IMG/VR virus record: IMGVR_UViG_3300013137_000008
Direction: 5' to 3' (one strand)
DNA from: a virus
Lineage: Duplodnaviria > Heunggongvirae > Uroviricota > Caudoviricetes
Length of the DNA: 34,273 nt
The position numbers were made by a program, and so were the translations under genes. The notes beneath the pieces are model-generated. The model made no database searches and had not been told where the DNA came from. It saw nothing but the letters and a program-made list of their open reading frames with translations. Within the stretch, counting starts at the first letter, position 1. Each line of letters starts with the position of its first letter. Below, one piece after another: positions 1 through 6,735 of the stretch.

Positions 1-326
1 GGCATAAATCTACGGGGAAATTCTTTCTCTACCCACTTGGAGCAACAGTATTCTATATAATCAGCTACACCTCTTGTGCGTTGTTTAGTGGATGCTTCCT
101 TGATTTGTTTATGGAATTCGTTAACATCAATTATATTAAGTTGTGTTTTCATCGAATCCAAGTAGTGGTTTCGCACAATGTCTAATATTAGCGAACTTAT
201 TTTTTGCTTATCCTGTGAGGCAATTAGTCTTATGCTACGATATACATTCACATCTTCAAAGAAAGGTACGAAACTCATTCCTTCAATTCTCTTCCTCCTA
301 CTTCTTGTTTGCACACCACTTTCCAT
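1..326 (-). CDS. Putative tandem ribbon-helix-helix-like DNA-binding protein (partial, runs off the window start)
   Basis: Not in the ORF track. ATG at 326 has AGGAGA 8 nt upstream, and the frame is open to position 1: MESGVQTRSRRKRIEGMSFVPFFEDVNVYRSIRLIASQDKQKISSLILDIVRNHY...EFHKQIKEASTKQRTRGVADYIEYCCSKW. The two segments have RHH/CopG-like helix patterns; the fold is inferred. Confidence 0.6.
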   Translation of the reverse strand, partial: MESGVQTRSRRKRIEGMSFVPFFEDVNVYRSIRLIASQDKQKISSLILDIVRNHYLDSMKTQLNIIDVNEFHKQIKEASTKQRTRGVADYIEYCCSKWVEKEFPRRFM

Positions 327-348
327 TTTATGTATCTCCTTATTGTTA

Positions 349-396
349 GTTTCGCACTTAGTCTACCATACTGCGAAACCATTGTCAAGTTTCGCC
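349..396. promoter_or_regulatory. Operator array of GTTTCGC(A) half-sites
   Basis: GTTTCGCA (349-356), TGCGAAAC (372-379) and GTTTCGCC (389-396) form two overlapping inverted repeats bracketing the -10 and -35 hexamers. A further GTTTCGCAC lies at 168-176. Confidence 0.6.
360..388 (-). promoter_or_regulatory. Sigma70-type promoter for the leftward RHH-like gene
   Basis: On the minus strand: TTGACA (388-383), 17 bp spacer, TG extension, TAGACT (365-360). Confidence 0.7.
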
Positions 397-620
397 ATCT
401 GGTACAATGATACGTATAAAGACTGAGAGAAAACCGTAAGGTTTTTGGTCGGTTGCCCCTTATTATCTGCAACCGCCAATGGGGTGAGGGTTGTTAAGGG
501 AGAGGGGTTCCGTAGAATTCTCTTTAATATATAAGGGTATCCCCGTTTGTAGTAAAATTTGGCGTGTTTACTATATTTAGGGACTGGTGTTAAATAATTC
601 CCACATAGATTGTCGCAAAG

Positions 621-684
621 TAGTAAATAATTTACTAATATCTGCCATATAATACTTGACAAGATGTATGGCATACCCTATAAT
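621..684 (+). promoter_or_regulatory. Perfect consensus sigma70 promoter with palindromic sites
   Basis: TTGACA (656-661), 17 bp, TATAAT (679-684). GTATG-G-CATAC palindrome in the spacer (666-676). TAGTAAAT-A-ATTTACTA inverted repeat at 621-637. Confidence 0.85.
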
Positions 685-702
685 TAGTAAAATAGATACG
701 GG

Positions 703-1773
703 GTGTTTATCTTGATAAAAGAAGTGGAGAATTTTAAGAAGCTATTTTTTGATAGCTTAGAGATTGATGACATACAGGCGTTAGATATAGTGTTAGCATC
801 CGCTGTTAGTCATAAGATACCTCATAGCGAGATGTTGTGGTTGCGTATTATTGGCTCTTCTGGCTCTGGCAAGACAGAGTTATTAAGGACATTGGCATCT
901 CAGGAAGGGTATTGCTCTACTATGGAAAGCATCACACCAGGAGCTATCAGGCGTGGATACGTTAATAAGAAAGATACCGAAATGCAAAGGCCGTTACTTG
1001 AAAGATTGAATGGCACGTTAGTTATTACAAAGGAATTTGCCATTATTCTTACAAAGGACATGGATACACAGAAAGAGATATTCGGGTTACTCCGTGGAGT
1101 ACATGATGGCGAGCTTGACGCTGATTATGGTAGCGATGAGGGTCATTTGCATCAAGCATCCCGTTTTGATTGGATATTAGGTACTACTCAGTTTGTAGAA
1201 CGGCAACGGCAGTTAGAAACCTTGTTAGGTTCACGGTTTATAGATTTAAAATGGGGTAGACCTATTGAGGATAATATAGCTGTTAGCAAAGCTGTGGATA
1301 ATGATGGGAATATGACTGAAATAAGGGCTAAGTTTAATCAGGCTATAACTGACCTAATCATTAACTGTGTGGTGTACCCAAAGCCCAATTTAGACTATAT
1401 CGCACCTTTGGCAAATGTAGCGGCTCTTCTACGTACCCCTGTTGAGAGAGACACCCGCACTAACGAGATATATGATATCCCTGATATTGAACTCGGTACA
1501 CGTTTTGGGCAATCTATGAGCCGTATTGCGAGAGGACTACTTATGTTAGGGGTTCCTACTACTGATATCAAACCGTATCTAGTACGGTTGGCTATGGACT
1601 GTATGAATAGGAAGCGCAAAGGGGTTATACAAGCATGGCTTAATGGCATAACCAAGCAGCAGGATATAGCTGATGCTACTCACTTATCAGTGTCTTATAT
1701 CAATAGAACAATAGAGGATTTGCGGATATTGGGATGGGATGAGAGTAAATTGGATTTATTGAGGTGCGAATAA
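703..1773 (+). CDS. AAA+/P-loop ATPase (MCM/primase-helicase-like) with C-terminal HTH
   Basis: Walker A IIGSSGSGKT. Walker B-like LVITKEF followed by EIFGLLRGVHDG. C-terminal KQQDIADATHLSVSYINRTIEDL helix-turn-helix pattern. Confidence 0.7.
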   Translation: MFILIKEVENFKKLFFDSLEIDDIQALDIVLASAVSHKIPHSEMLWLRIIGSSGSGKTELLRTLASQEGYCSTMESITPGAIRRGYVNKKDTEMQRPLLERLNGTLVITKEFAIILTKDMDTQKEIFGLLRGVHDGELDADYGSDEGHLHQASRFDWILGTTQFVERQRQLETLLGSRFIDLKWGRPIEDNIAVSKAVDNDGNMTEIRAKFNQAITDLIINCVVYPKPNLDYIAPLANVAALLRTPVERDTRTNEIYDIPDIELGTRFGQSMSRIARGLLMLGVPTTDIKPYLVRLAMDCMNRKRKGVIQAWLNGITKQQDIADATHLSVSYINRTIEDLRILGWDESKLDLLRCE

Positions 1774-2387
1774 TGGCAGATTGGTTTAGATTTAGCCCAG
1801 AGGCGTGGGTATATAGCACTCTACAATGGGAGATGAAGCCTGAACAAGTAATGGTATACATTGGGCTAATAAGTTTATGTGCAATGCGTAAATATGGACA
1901 CACAGGATATATAGCCCATGATAATTTTAATCCACCGAAATATCCGCGCACTAGGGGTGATATCGCTACTTCGCTTGGGTTTAAAGTGGATGTAGTAGAT
2001 AGCACTATTGAAGTACTTGTTAAAACAGGTAGAATGGTTATTGAACCTAATGGGATGATGCGTATTGTTTCATGGGATATAGTAGTTCCTCATGACAGAG
2101 GAAAGGGTTATAGTGAAGGTTTCAATAAAGAATTGAAGTTGCGAATAAAAGAACGTGACGAGTATAAATGTCAACGCTGTGGTATTCATGAAGACGAGTA
2201 TATTAATGGAGCAAAAAGTAAGAAGGGGCTTATCATACATCATATAGATTACGATAAACTTCATACAGATGACAGTAACTTAATTAGTCTGTGCGTGAAT
2301 TGCCATATGGCAGTAAATTACAATAGGGAATATTGGGCTAAAGTTTTTCATGATAAATTAGAAAAGTTCTATGGTGAATTTACTTGA
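1773..2387 (+). CDS. HNH endonuclease fused to an N-terminal replication-initiator-like domain
   Basis: TAATG overlap with the upstream stop and a GAGGTG RBS. CQRC...IIHHIDYDK...NLISLCVNCH HNH signature. N-terminal WFRFSPEAW resembles phage replisome-organiser N-termini. Confidence 0.75.
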   Translation: MADWFRFSPEAWVYSTLQWEMKPEQVMVYIGLISLCAMRKYGHTGYIAHDNFNPPKYPRTRGDIATSLGFKVDVVDSTIEVLVKTGRMVIEPNGMMRIVSWDIVVPHDRGKGYSEGFNKELKLRIKERDEYKCQRCGIHEDEYINGAKSKKGLIIHHIDYDKLHTDDSNLISLCVNCHMAVNYNREYWAKVFHDKLEKFYGEFT

Positions 2388-2471
2388 TTTATTACACGAT
2401 ACTCAGTTTATGGATTTGATACAATAGAGGAGATGACATGAATTATTTTGAGTTTGGTTTGAGGGAAAGAA

Positions 2472-2513
2472 ATGATTAATCCCTATTATCAAGATAAGTG
2501 GGTGACAAGGTGA
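2472..2513 (+). pseudogene. N-terminal relic of an N4/N6 DNA methylase (MINPYYQDKWVTR*)
   Basis: 26/30 nt identical to the start of the methylase at 28484 (MMNPYYQDKG). Its TGA overlaps the GTG start at 2510. Confidence 0.7.
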
Positions 2514-3391
2514 ATATTAGTTTGTTGACTGATGCTCCACGGCATAACCTCGCCTTAATGAAAATATCGGCATGGTATAAAGCCAATGGGGATCATGTCA
2601 CTTTGAATATGATGAACACGGGCTGCGATATTACTTATGGCTCATGGCTTTATGGGCAAAAATATTGTGCCGACATAAATGGTGGGCCTGTTTATCCTGA
2701 CATTAAGCTCGATTCAAAATTTGAACAAATGAAGCCGGACTATGACCTTTATGGATTAGATTATTCAATTGGTTATACATGGCGGTATTGCCCAAATCAT
2801 TGTAAGTTTTGCATTGTACCGAGGCAAGGAAATAGGCAAGAACATCACTCAATATGGGAGTTCCACGATAAACGATTCAAGAAAATTTGTCTATTAAATA
2901 ATAATACGTTCTCTGATCCACAATGGAGGGATACATTTCAAGAGATATGGGAATCCAAATTGCGAGTAATTGACGAGAATGGTTATGACTTACGGCTAAT
3001 GGATCCCGAAAAAGCATTGACGTTACAGCGGACACGTTTTGAGGGGACTGTGCATTTTTCGTGGGACTTAATGTGGAGCGAAAAGCAAATTATACATGGT
3101 TTGGAAATAGCAAAGGAATATATCAAACATCAGATTGTTGTCTATATACTCATCGGTTACAACACAACACTCGAAGAAGATATTTACCGCTGCCAGAAAG
3201 TACACGATTTCGGATTTGACCCATATGTGATGCCATATAACAGGGGGACAAAGGAAAATCGCAAATTCAAGAGGTTCATTGACCTCAGAACATACCGCAA
3301 GTATAAAACGATTACAGAAGCATGGAATGATTACAGACCATCTAAACGATCTAAACGATGCTCTCAAGAAGTTATGGAGTTAGGTCTATAA
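2510..3391 (+). CDS. Phage-type radical SAM protein
   Basis: CxxxCxxC motif YCPNHCKFC, with NLALMKISAWYK N-terminal motif and FSWD / VYILIGY core motifs. Likely start is the GTG at 2510 (GTGA coupling); the ORF track starts at 2498. Confidence 0.85.
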   Translation: MNISLLTDAPRHNLALMKISAWYKANGDHVTLNMMNTGCDITYGSWLYGQKYCADINGGPVYPDIKLDSKFEQMKPDYDLYGLDYSIGYTWRYCPNHCKFCIVPRQGNRQEHHSIWEFHDKRFKKICLLNNNTFSDPQWRDTFQEIWESKLRVIDENGYDLRLMDPEKALTLQRTRFEGTVHFSWDLMWSEKQIIHGLEIAKEYIKHQIVVYILIGYNTTLEEDIYRCQKVHDFGFDPYVMPYNRGTKENRKFKRFIDLRTYRKYKTITEAWNDYRPSKRSKRCSQEVMELGL

Positions 3392-3456
3392 CCCTATGAT
3401 TAAAACATTTTACTACGCTGCCAGTTCTATGGGTGATGACGGACAAGAATTGCTAC

Positions 3457-3485
3457 TTGACTTTCCTGTAAGTATGTGGTATATT
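3457..3485 (+). promoter_or_regulatory. Sigma70-type promoter of small RNA unit 1
   Basis: TTGACT (3457-3462), 17 bp with TG extension, TATATT (3480-3485). Confidence 0.7.
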
Positions 3486-3490
3486 TGAAA

Positions 3491-3562
3491 GTGCCTGACA
3501 AAGCATTTGTGGGGCTGGTGAGTAAGGAACTCCACTAAGTAATTGGTGGGGTTTCTTGTTTA
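3491..3562 (+). ncRNA. Putative small RNA 1 ending in a GNRA-capped terminator-like hairpin
   Basis: AAGGAACTCC-ACTAA-[GTAA]-TTGGT-GGGGTTTCTT (3524-3557) followed by GTTTATT. G-U pairs work only on the plus strand. No ORF; ends are approximate. Confidence 0.55.
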
Positions 3563-3563
3563 T

Positions 3564-3592
3564 TCGACAAGATAGTGGGTATGTTATATATT
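3564..3592 (+). promoter_or_regulatory. Sigma70-type promoter of small RNA unit 2
   Basis: TCGACA (3564-3569), 17 bp, TATATT (3587-3592). Confidence 0.55.
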
Positions 3593-3596
3593 TAGG

Positions 3597-3656
3597 GTGC
3601 AAGTACGCCAATTTGTACAAGGAACTCCGGCAGAGATGTCGGGGTTTCTTGTATTT
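3597..3656 (+). ncRNA. Putative small RNA 2 ending in a GNRA-capped terminator-like hairpin
   Basis: AAGGAACTCC-GGCA-[GAGA]-TGTC-GGGGTTTCTT (3619-3650) followed by GTATTT. Same basal stem as unit 1 with a different upper stem. Confidence 0.55.
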
Positions 3657-3782
3657 AAGCGGTCTTTTTGGCGTCTATCTCTTTGATTTTAGGGCATTAC
3701 GGGCTATGGGTGGTAGGTGATGTACTATTCAACTCTTTGGATTAAGCCTTGGCGTTGTTTGCCCGTGAAAAGACGCTAATTT

Positions 3783-3811
3783 TTCTGTGCCACAGCCCAT
3801 AAATGACTGGA
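3783..3811. repeat. Intergenic repeat R1 (~29 bp)
   Basis: TTCTGTGCCACAGCCCATAAATGACTGGA, directly downstream of the stop of 3816..4223. Confidence 0.9.
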
Positions 3812-3815
3812 CAGG

Positions 3816-4223
3816 TTAACGGCAATTTAATGAACCGCTAATGACTTTGGGATATCCTTCTGAATACCGTTTCACAATGTTTGGAGGGTCGCTAATAGTG
3901 AATAAAATCGTCAATGGTATATCACAATATTCTGGGGTATTCAACCATTCTCTCTTGATATAGTAATGGTCAGGAACAGATAGTATTATTTCATCATCTT
4001 GGATTTTAATTGTATATGAACTAAAGTATATTCTATCTATACCAGTATCTAAATAGAAGTTGGTATTTGGTGGTATATGAATGGCTTGCCCTAATAATAT
4101 TGTCACAATTGCTAACATTGCCCACGCTATATACCATACAGTATTAAATAATTCTTTGGATGCAACTATGTATATTGTTAAACCTATGAACACCGTTGCC
4201 ACGATTGCTATTGCTATCCACAT
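3816..4223 (-). CDS. Small membrane protein with HYYxKR domain (paralog of 15806..16225)
   Basis: Two N-terminal hydrophobic segments followed by PDHYYIKREWLNTPEYCDIP. AGGAG RBS. Confidence 0.75.
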   Translation of the reverse strand: MWIAIAIVATVFIGLTIYIVASKELFNTVWYIAWAMLAIVTILLGQAIHIPPNTNFYLDTGIDRIYFSSYTIKIQDDEIILSVPDHYYIKREWLNTPEYCDIPLTILFTISDPPNIVKRYSEGYPKVISGSLNCR

Positions 4224-4242
4224 AACTACTTTCTCCTATTCC

Positions 4243-4271
4243 TTCTGTGCCACAACCCATAAATGGCTGGA
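4243..4271. repeat. Intergenic repeat R2
   Basis: TTCTGTGCCACAACCCATAAATGGCTGGA; 27/29 identical to R1. Confidence 0.9.
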
Positions 4272-4285
4272 TAGGTTGTTGTCCC

Positions 4286-4612
4286 CTAATGGGCAGGGAT
4301 TCTTTGTACCCCAAAATATTTATCTAACTCAATTAATTCCAATTGCGTTTTAGCATTATTGTTTGGGTTAGCTGTCGCCACCTTGAGCATCACTCGAATC
4401 TGTTCTACGTCTTCAACAGTAAGAGCATAGTATTCAGTATGGAAATCAAAAGGGCCTTCAGCAAAACCTTTGAGGAAACCCCAAAATGATGACATCTCTG
4501 CTCCTTTCTGCACTTTCCCCCATAACTCCGCAGTTTTACTTGTATCTAATAAAGAACGCAGTGTAAATATATACTGACCTGGTATCCCAATGCAACCATT
4601 CTTAGTAATCAT
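4286..4612 (-). CDS. Hypothetical protein
   Basis: 108 aa ORF with ATGA coupling to the upstream gene. Confidence 0.65.
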   Translation of the reverse strand: MITKNGCIGIPGQYIFTLRSLLDTSKTAELWGKVQKGAEMSSFWGFLKGFAEGPFDFHTEYYALTVEDVEQIRVMLKVATANPNNNAKTQLELIELDKYFGVQRIPAH

Positions 4613-4803
4613 TTATCTATATCCTCCAAATCCTCAGCAATAGTCTTAGCGAAAGCCCAAGGTAAAAACCAAATAGCAGCACAGCCAATCAGAATAAGGG
4701 CTACGTCAAAGTTATGGACTGCGTAAGCAAATATGATAGATACAATGAGGATGGCAAGTTCAATAGCAAGCCCCGCAAAGAATATCTTTTCACTCAGTTT
4801 CAT
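4609..4803 (-). CDS. Small two-TM membrane protein
   Basis: 64 aa with two hydrophobic segments; follows R3. Confidence 0.7.
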   Translation of the reverse strand: MKLSEKIFFAGLAIELAILIVSIIFAYAVHNFDVALILIGCAAIWFLPWAFAKTIAEDLEDIDK

Positions 4804-4816
4804 ATTGTCTTATGCC

Positions 4817-4846
4817 TTCTGTGCCACCAACCCATAAATGACTGGA
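4817..4846. repeat. Intergenic repeat R3
   Basis: TTCTGTGCCACCAACCCATAAATGACTGGA; one insertion and one substitution relative to R2. Confidence 0.9.
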
Positions 4847-4850
4847 TGAC

Positions 4851-4967
4851 TTAACGATTAGCGAGATACGAAGTATACCCTATCACAGCCACAATAATTA
4901 AAGTTATTACGATATAGATTACCATCCCCCACGTTAATGGCTCTAATTGCTTGTACCACTTATTCAT
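4851..4967 (-). CDS. 38 aa single-TM protein (not in the ORF track)
   Basis: MNKWYKQLEPLTWGMVIYIVITLIIVAVIGYTSYLANR*, with a GGAG RBS; it fills the R3-R4 interval. Confidence 0.7.
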   Translation of the reverse strand: MNKWYKQLEPLTWGMVIYIVITLIIVAVIGYTSYLANR

Positions 4968-4996
4968 TTCTTTGCTCCTTGCTTTTATTCTACACC

Positions 4997-5024
4997 TTTT
5001 GTACTATAACTCATAAATGGCTGA
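4997..5024. repeat. Degenerate intergenic repeat R4
   Basis: TTTTGTACTATAACTCATAAATGGCTGA; 22/28 to R2, and all 6 differences are transitions. Confidence 0.75.
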
Positions 5025-5029
5025 CTGGG

Positions 5030-5299
5030 CTATTCCGTTCTCTTCATTTTAGATAACCAATATATACCTACGAATAAGATGCCTAATAGGAGTATAACTA
5101 ATATAACAATGAACAATGGGGATAAAAAAACAGCTTCCCAATTTACATAGCCATATTTTTCCCAATATAGAATTATTGCACTTATTGTGGCTAATAATAC
5201 GAACGCTCCACCCAATATTGAACCAACAGGGGATGGGCTATTATCGTACATAGATATATTGTTATCTGGATCATATCCACATTTAGGGCATTTATTCAT
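5030..5299 (-). CDS. Small two-TM protein with N-terminal CxxC
   Basis: Start corrected to ATG 5299 (ATGA overlap, GGAG RBS). MNKCPKCG followed by two hydrophobic segments. Confidence 0.7.
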   Translation of the reverse strand: MNKCPKCGYDPDNNISMYDNSPSPVGSILGGAFVLLATISAIILYWEKYGYVNWEAVFLSPLFIVILVILLLGILFVGIYWLSKMKRTE

Positions 5300-6324
5300 T
5301 TGCTTTCTCCTATATCTTTTTGCGCTACTATCCAAAGGTGTGAACTCAGGTTATTGTCGGCTAAAAACTTCTGGAACTTATCGCCTGTGTTTAAGAGGGA
5401 TTGTAGGAATGGATCAGGGGTATATTCACCGTCTTTAATTTTGTTTTTTACTATGTCTACGTCTAATTTGCCAGGGGTCATAACCTCAAGGACTTTGAAT
5501 TTGCAATTCTTTAAGAGTAGTGATAGGGATTCTATGTTGAATAGTTGTAAGTGCTCAGGATTGATCTGGTCTGATTTCTCTCCTAAAAGGGCTATGTCAA
5601 ATCCATGGCAGTTGGGGGTCGTGAGGATTAACAGGCCGTGGTCATTGAGTATATCGTGGCACTTGTTTAAGAAATCTTTGGGACTGAACAGGTGCTCGAT
5701 TAACTCAAAGGCTGTGATGCAGTCGATGCCTTTTATGTCTAACTTCTCTATGGGTTGATGATAGGTCTTTATACCTCTCTTTGAACATTCCTTGTGAAGT
5801 ATTGATGGCTCTACGGCATAAATCTCATCTATAATTCCGAGTTTCTTTACTTCCTCGCAGAATGTTCCATATCCTGCTCCAACGTCCAGCAGATTATATT
5901 TCTTCTTGTACAGTGTACTCCAATCGCTAACTAACCCCGACACCATCTCTGCTCGTGGCCTGAATATCTGCTCACGTCTTATCTTTTCTGTCTTAGGAAA
6001 TATGTACTTTGACCAGTATTTGTAATGCTCTGAATTGGCGTAGTATTGATCTAATATCTTACGTGATGGCCTTTTTAAGATGTAGATTGTGCCACAACGA
6101 TGGCATTCTATAAACATGAACTTATATTTCACGAACGCATTGTTGTCTTTGAGAAAATATTTTGTCCCGCTTGTGTATAAATCTACTCTTTTACTTATAC
6201 CACAGGCAGGGCAAACGACTGCTTCAAATTCATCTACGTGTTCTAGTAGCCTATCTATGTCTTCCTTGAAGGCTTCTTCTTGACCTGTCTTGAGGTCTTT
6301 TGGTCTGATACCGTACTCTTTCAT
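5296..6324 (-). CDS. Class I SAM-dependent methyltransferase with N-terminal Zn-binding CxxC pairs (glycan-locus type)
   Basis: CPAC...CHRC, LLDVGAGYG motif I, FELIEHL, LLILTTPN. Confidence 0.85.
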   Translation of the reverse strand: MKEYGIRPKDLKTGQEEAFKEDIDRLLEHVDEFEAVVCPACGISKRVDLYTSGTKYFLKDNNAFVKYKFMFIECHRCGTIYILKRPSRKILDQYYANSEHYKYWSKYIFPKTEKIRREQIFRPRAEMVSGLVSDWSTLYKKKYNLLDVGAGYGTFCEEVKKLGIIDEIYAVEPSILHKECSKRGIKTYHQPIEKLDIKGIDCITAFELIEHLFSPKDFLNKCHDILNDHGLLILTTPNCHGFDIALLGEKSDQINPEHLQLFNIESLSLLLKNCKFKVLEVMTPGKLDVDIVKNKIKDGEYTPDPFLQSLLNTGDKFQKFLADNNLSSHLWIVAQKDIGESK

Positions 6325-6333
6325 ATATGTTTC

Positions 6334-6735
6334 CTAATATGCCAGCAGCATCGCAGTTGCAGCAGAACCTATAAATCCGCCTATAAATGCTACTGTCAAT
6401 ACAATAAACATTAAGGTGCTCCAGCCACGCATTGGGGTTTTAGTCAACCAGTCATAGCCTAGGTTTTGGTCTGTAGTATTGTAGAAACCTACCTTTACTA
6501 CATATGTACCGCATATTGGAGTAACAGTTACGCCTTCATCTGTAATAATATAATCACCAAATTTTTCCTGCAAATTAGATACTATGGGGCAAGAATCATC
6601 CACTATGGTTGAGCCTTTATAAAGATATGAGTGTACTGTGTCGCCAACCTCACTACCTTTCATCAATAATACCAACCCAGCAATACATATAATGGTACAA
6701 GCTATTATTATTGCCCACTTGATTCCTTCGCTCAT
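6334..6735 (-). CDS. Membrane protein with N- and C-terminal TMs around a loop domain
   Basis: Hydrophobic termini; TAATG coupling; NTT sequon in the loop. Confidence 0.7.
   Translation of the reverse strand: MSEGIKWAIIIACTIICIAGLVLLMKGSEVGDTVHSYLYKGSTIVDDSCPIVSNLQEKFGDYIITDEGVTVTPICGTYVVKVGFYNTTDQNLGYDWLTKTPMRGWSTLMFIVLTVAFIGGFIGSAATAMLLAY

Noticed and set aside
553-582. Similarity of AAATTTGGCGT and TATATTTAGGG to the small RNA 2 region
   Set aside because: Matches are 10-11 nt in AT-rich DNA, and there is no properly spaced -35 for TATATT at 572.
143-674. Track ORFs 143..349, 178..426, 275..472 and 363..674
   Set aside because: They overlap the better-supported 1..326 ORF or the divergent promoter/operator region and show no coding features.
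3504-3520. CATTTGTGGGGCTGGTG in small RNA 1 resembling the R repeat core (CATTTATGGGTTGGTG)
   Set aside because: About 14/17 with a gap, found in only one of the two RNA units; too short to separate from chance.
3670-3777. Nested short inverted repeats (GCGTCT/AGACGC, ACGGGC/GCCCGT) as a third structured RNA
   Set aside because: Only 6-bp helices, with no promoter or terminator and no covariation support.
3783-5024. R1-R4 as a CRISPR array
   Set aside because: The spacers are 150-545 bp, contain ORFs and are highly unequal, and no cas genes are present.
6088-6099. TTGTGCCACAAC as a fifth copy of the R repeat
   Set aside because: Only an 11-bp match inside a coding region (encoding the CHRCGT motif), lacking the CATAAATG core.
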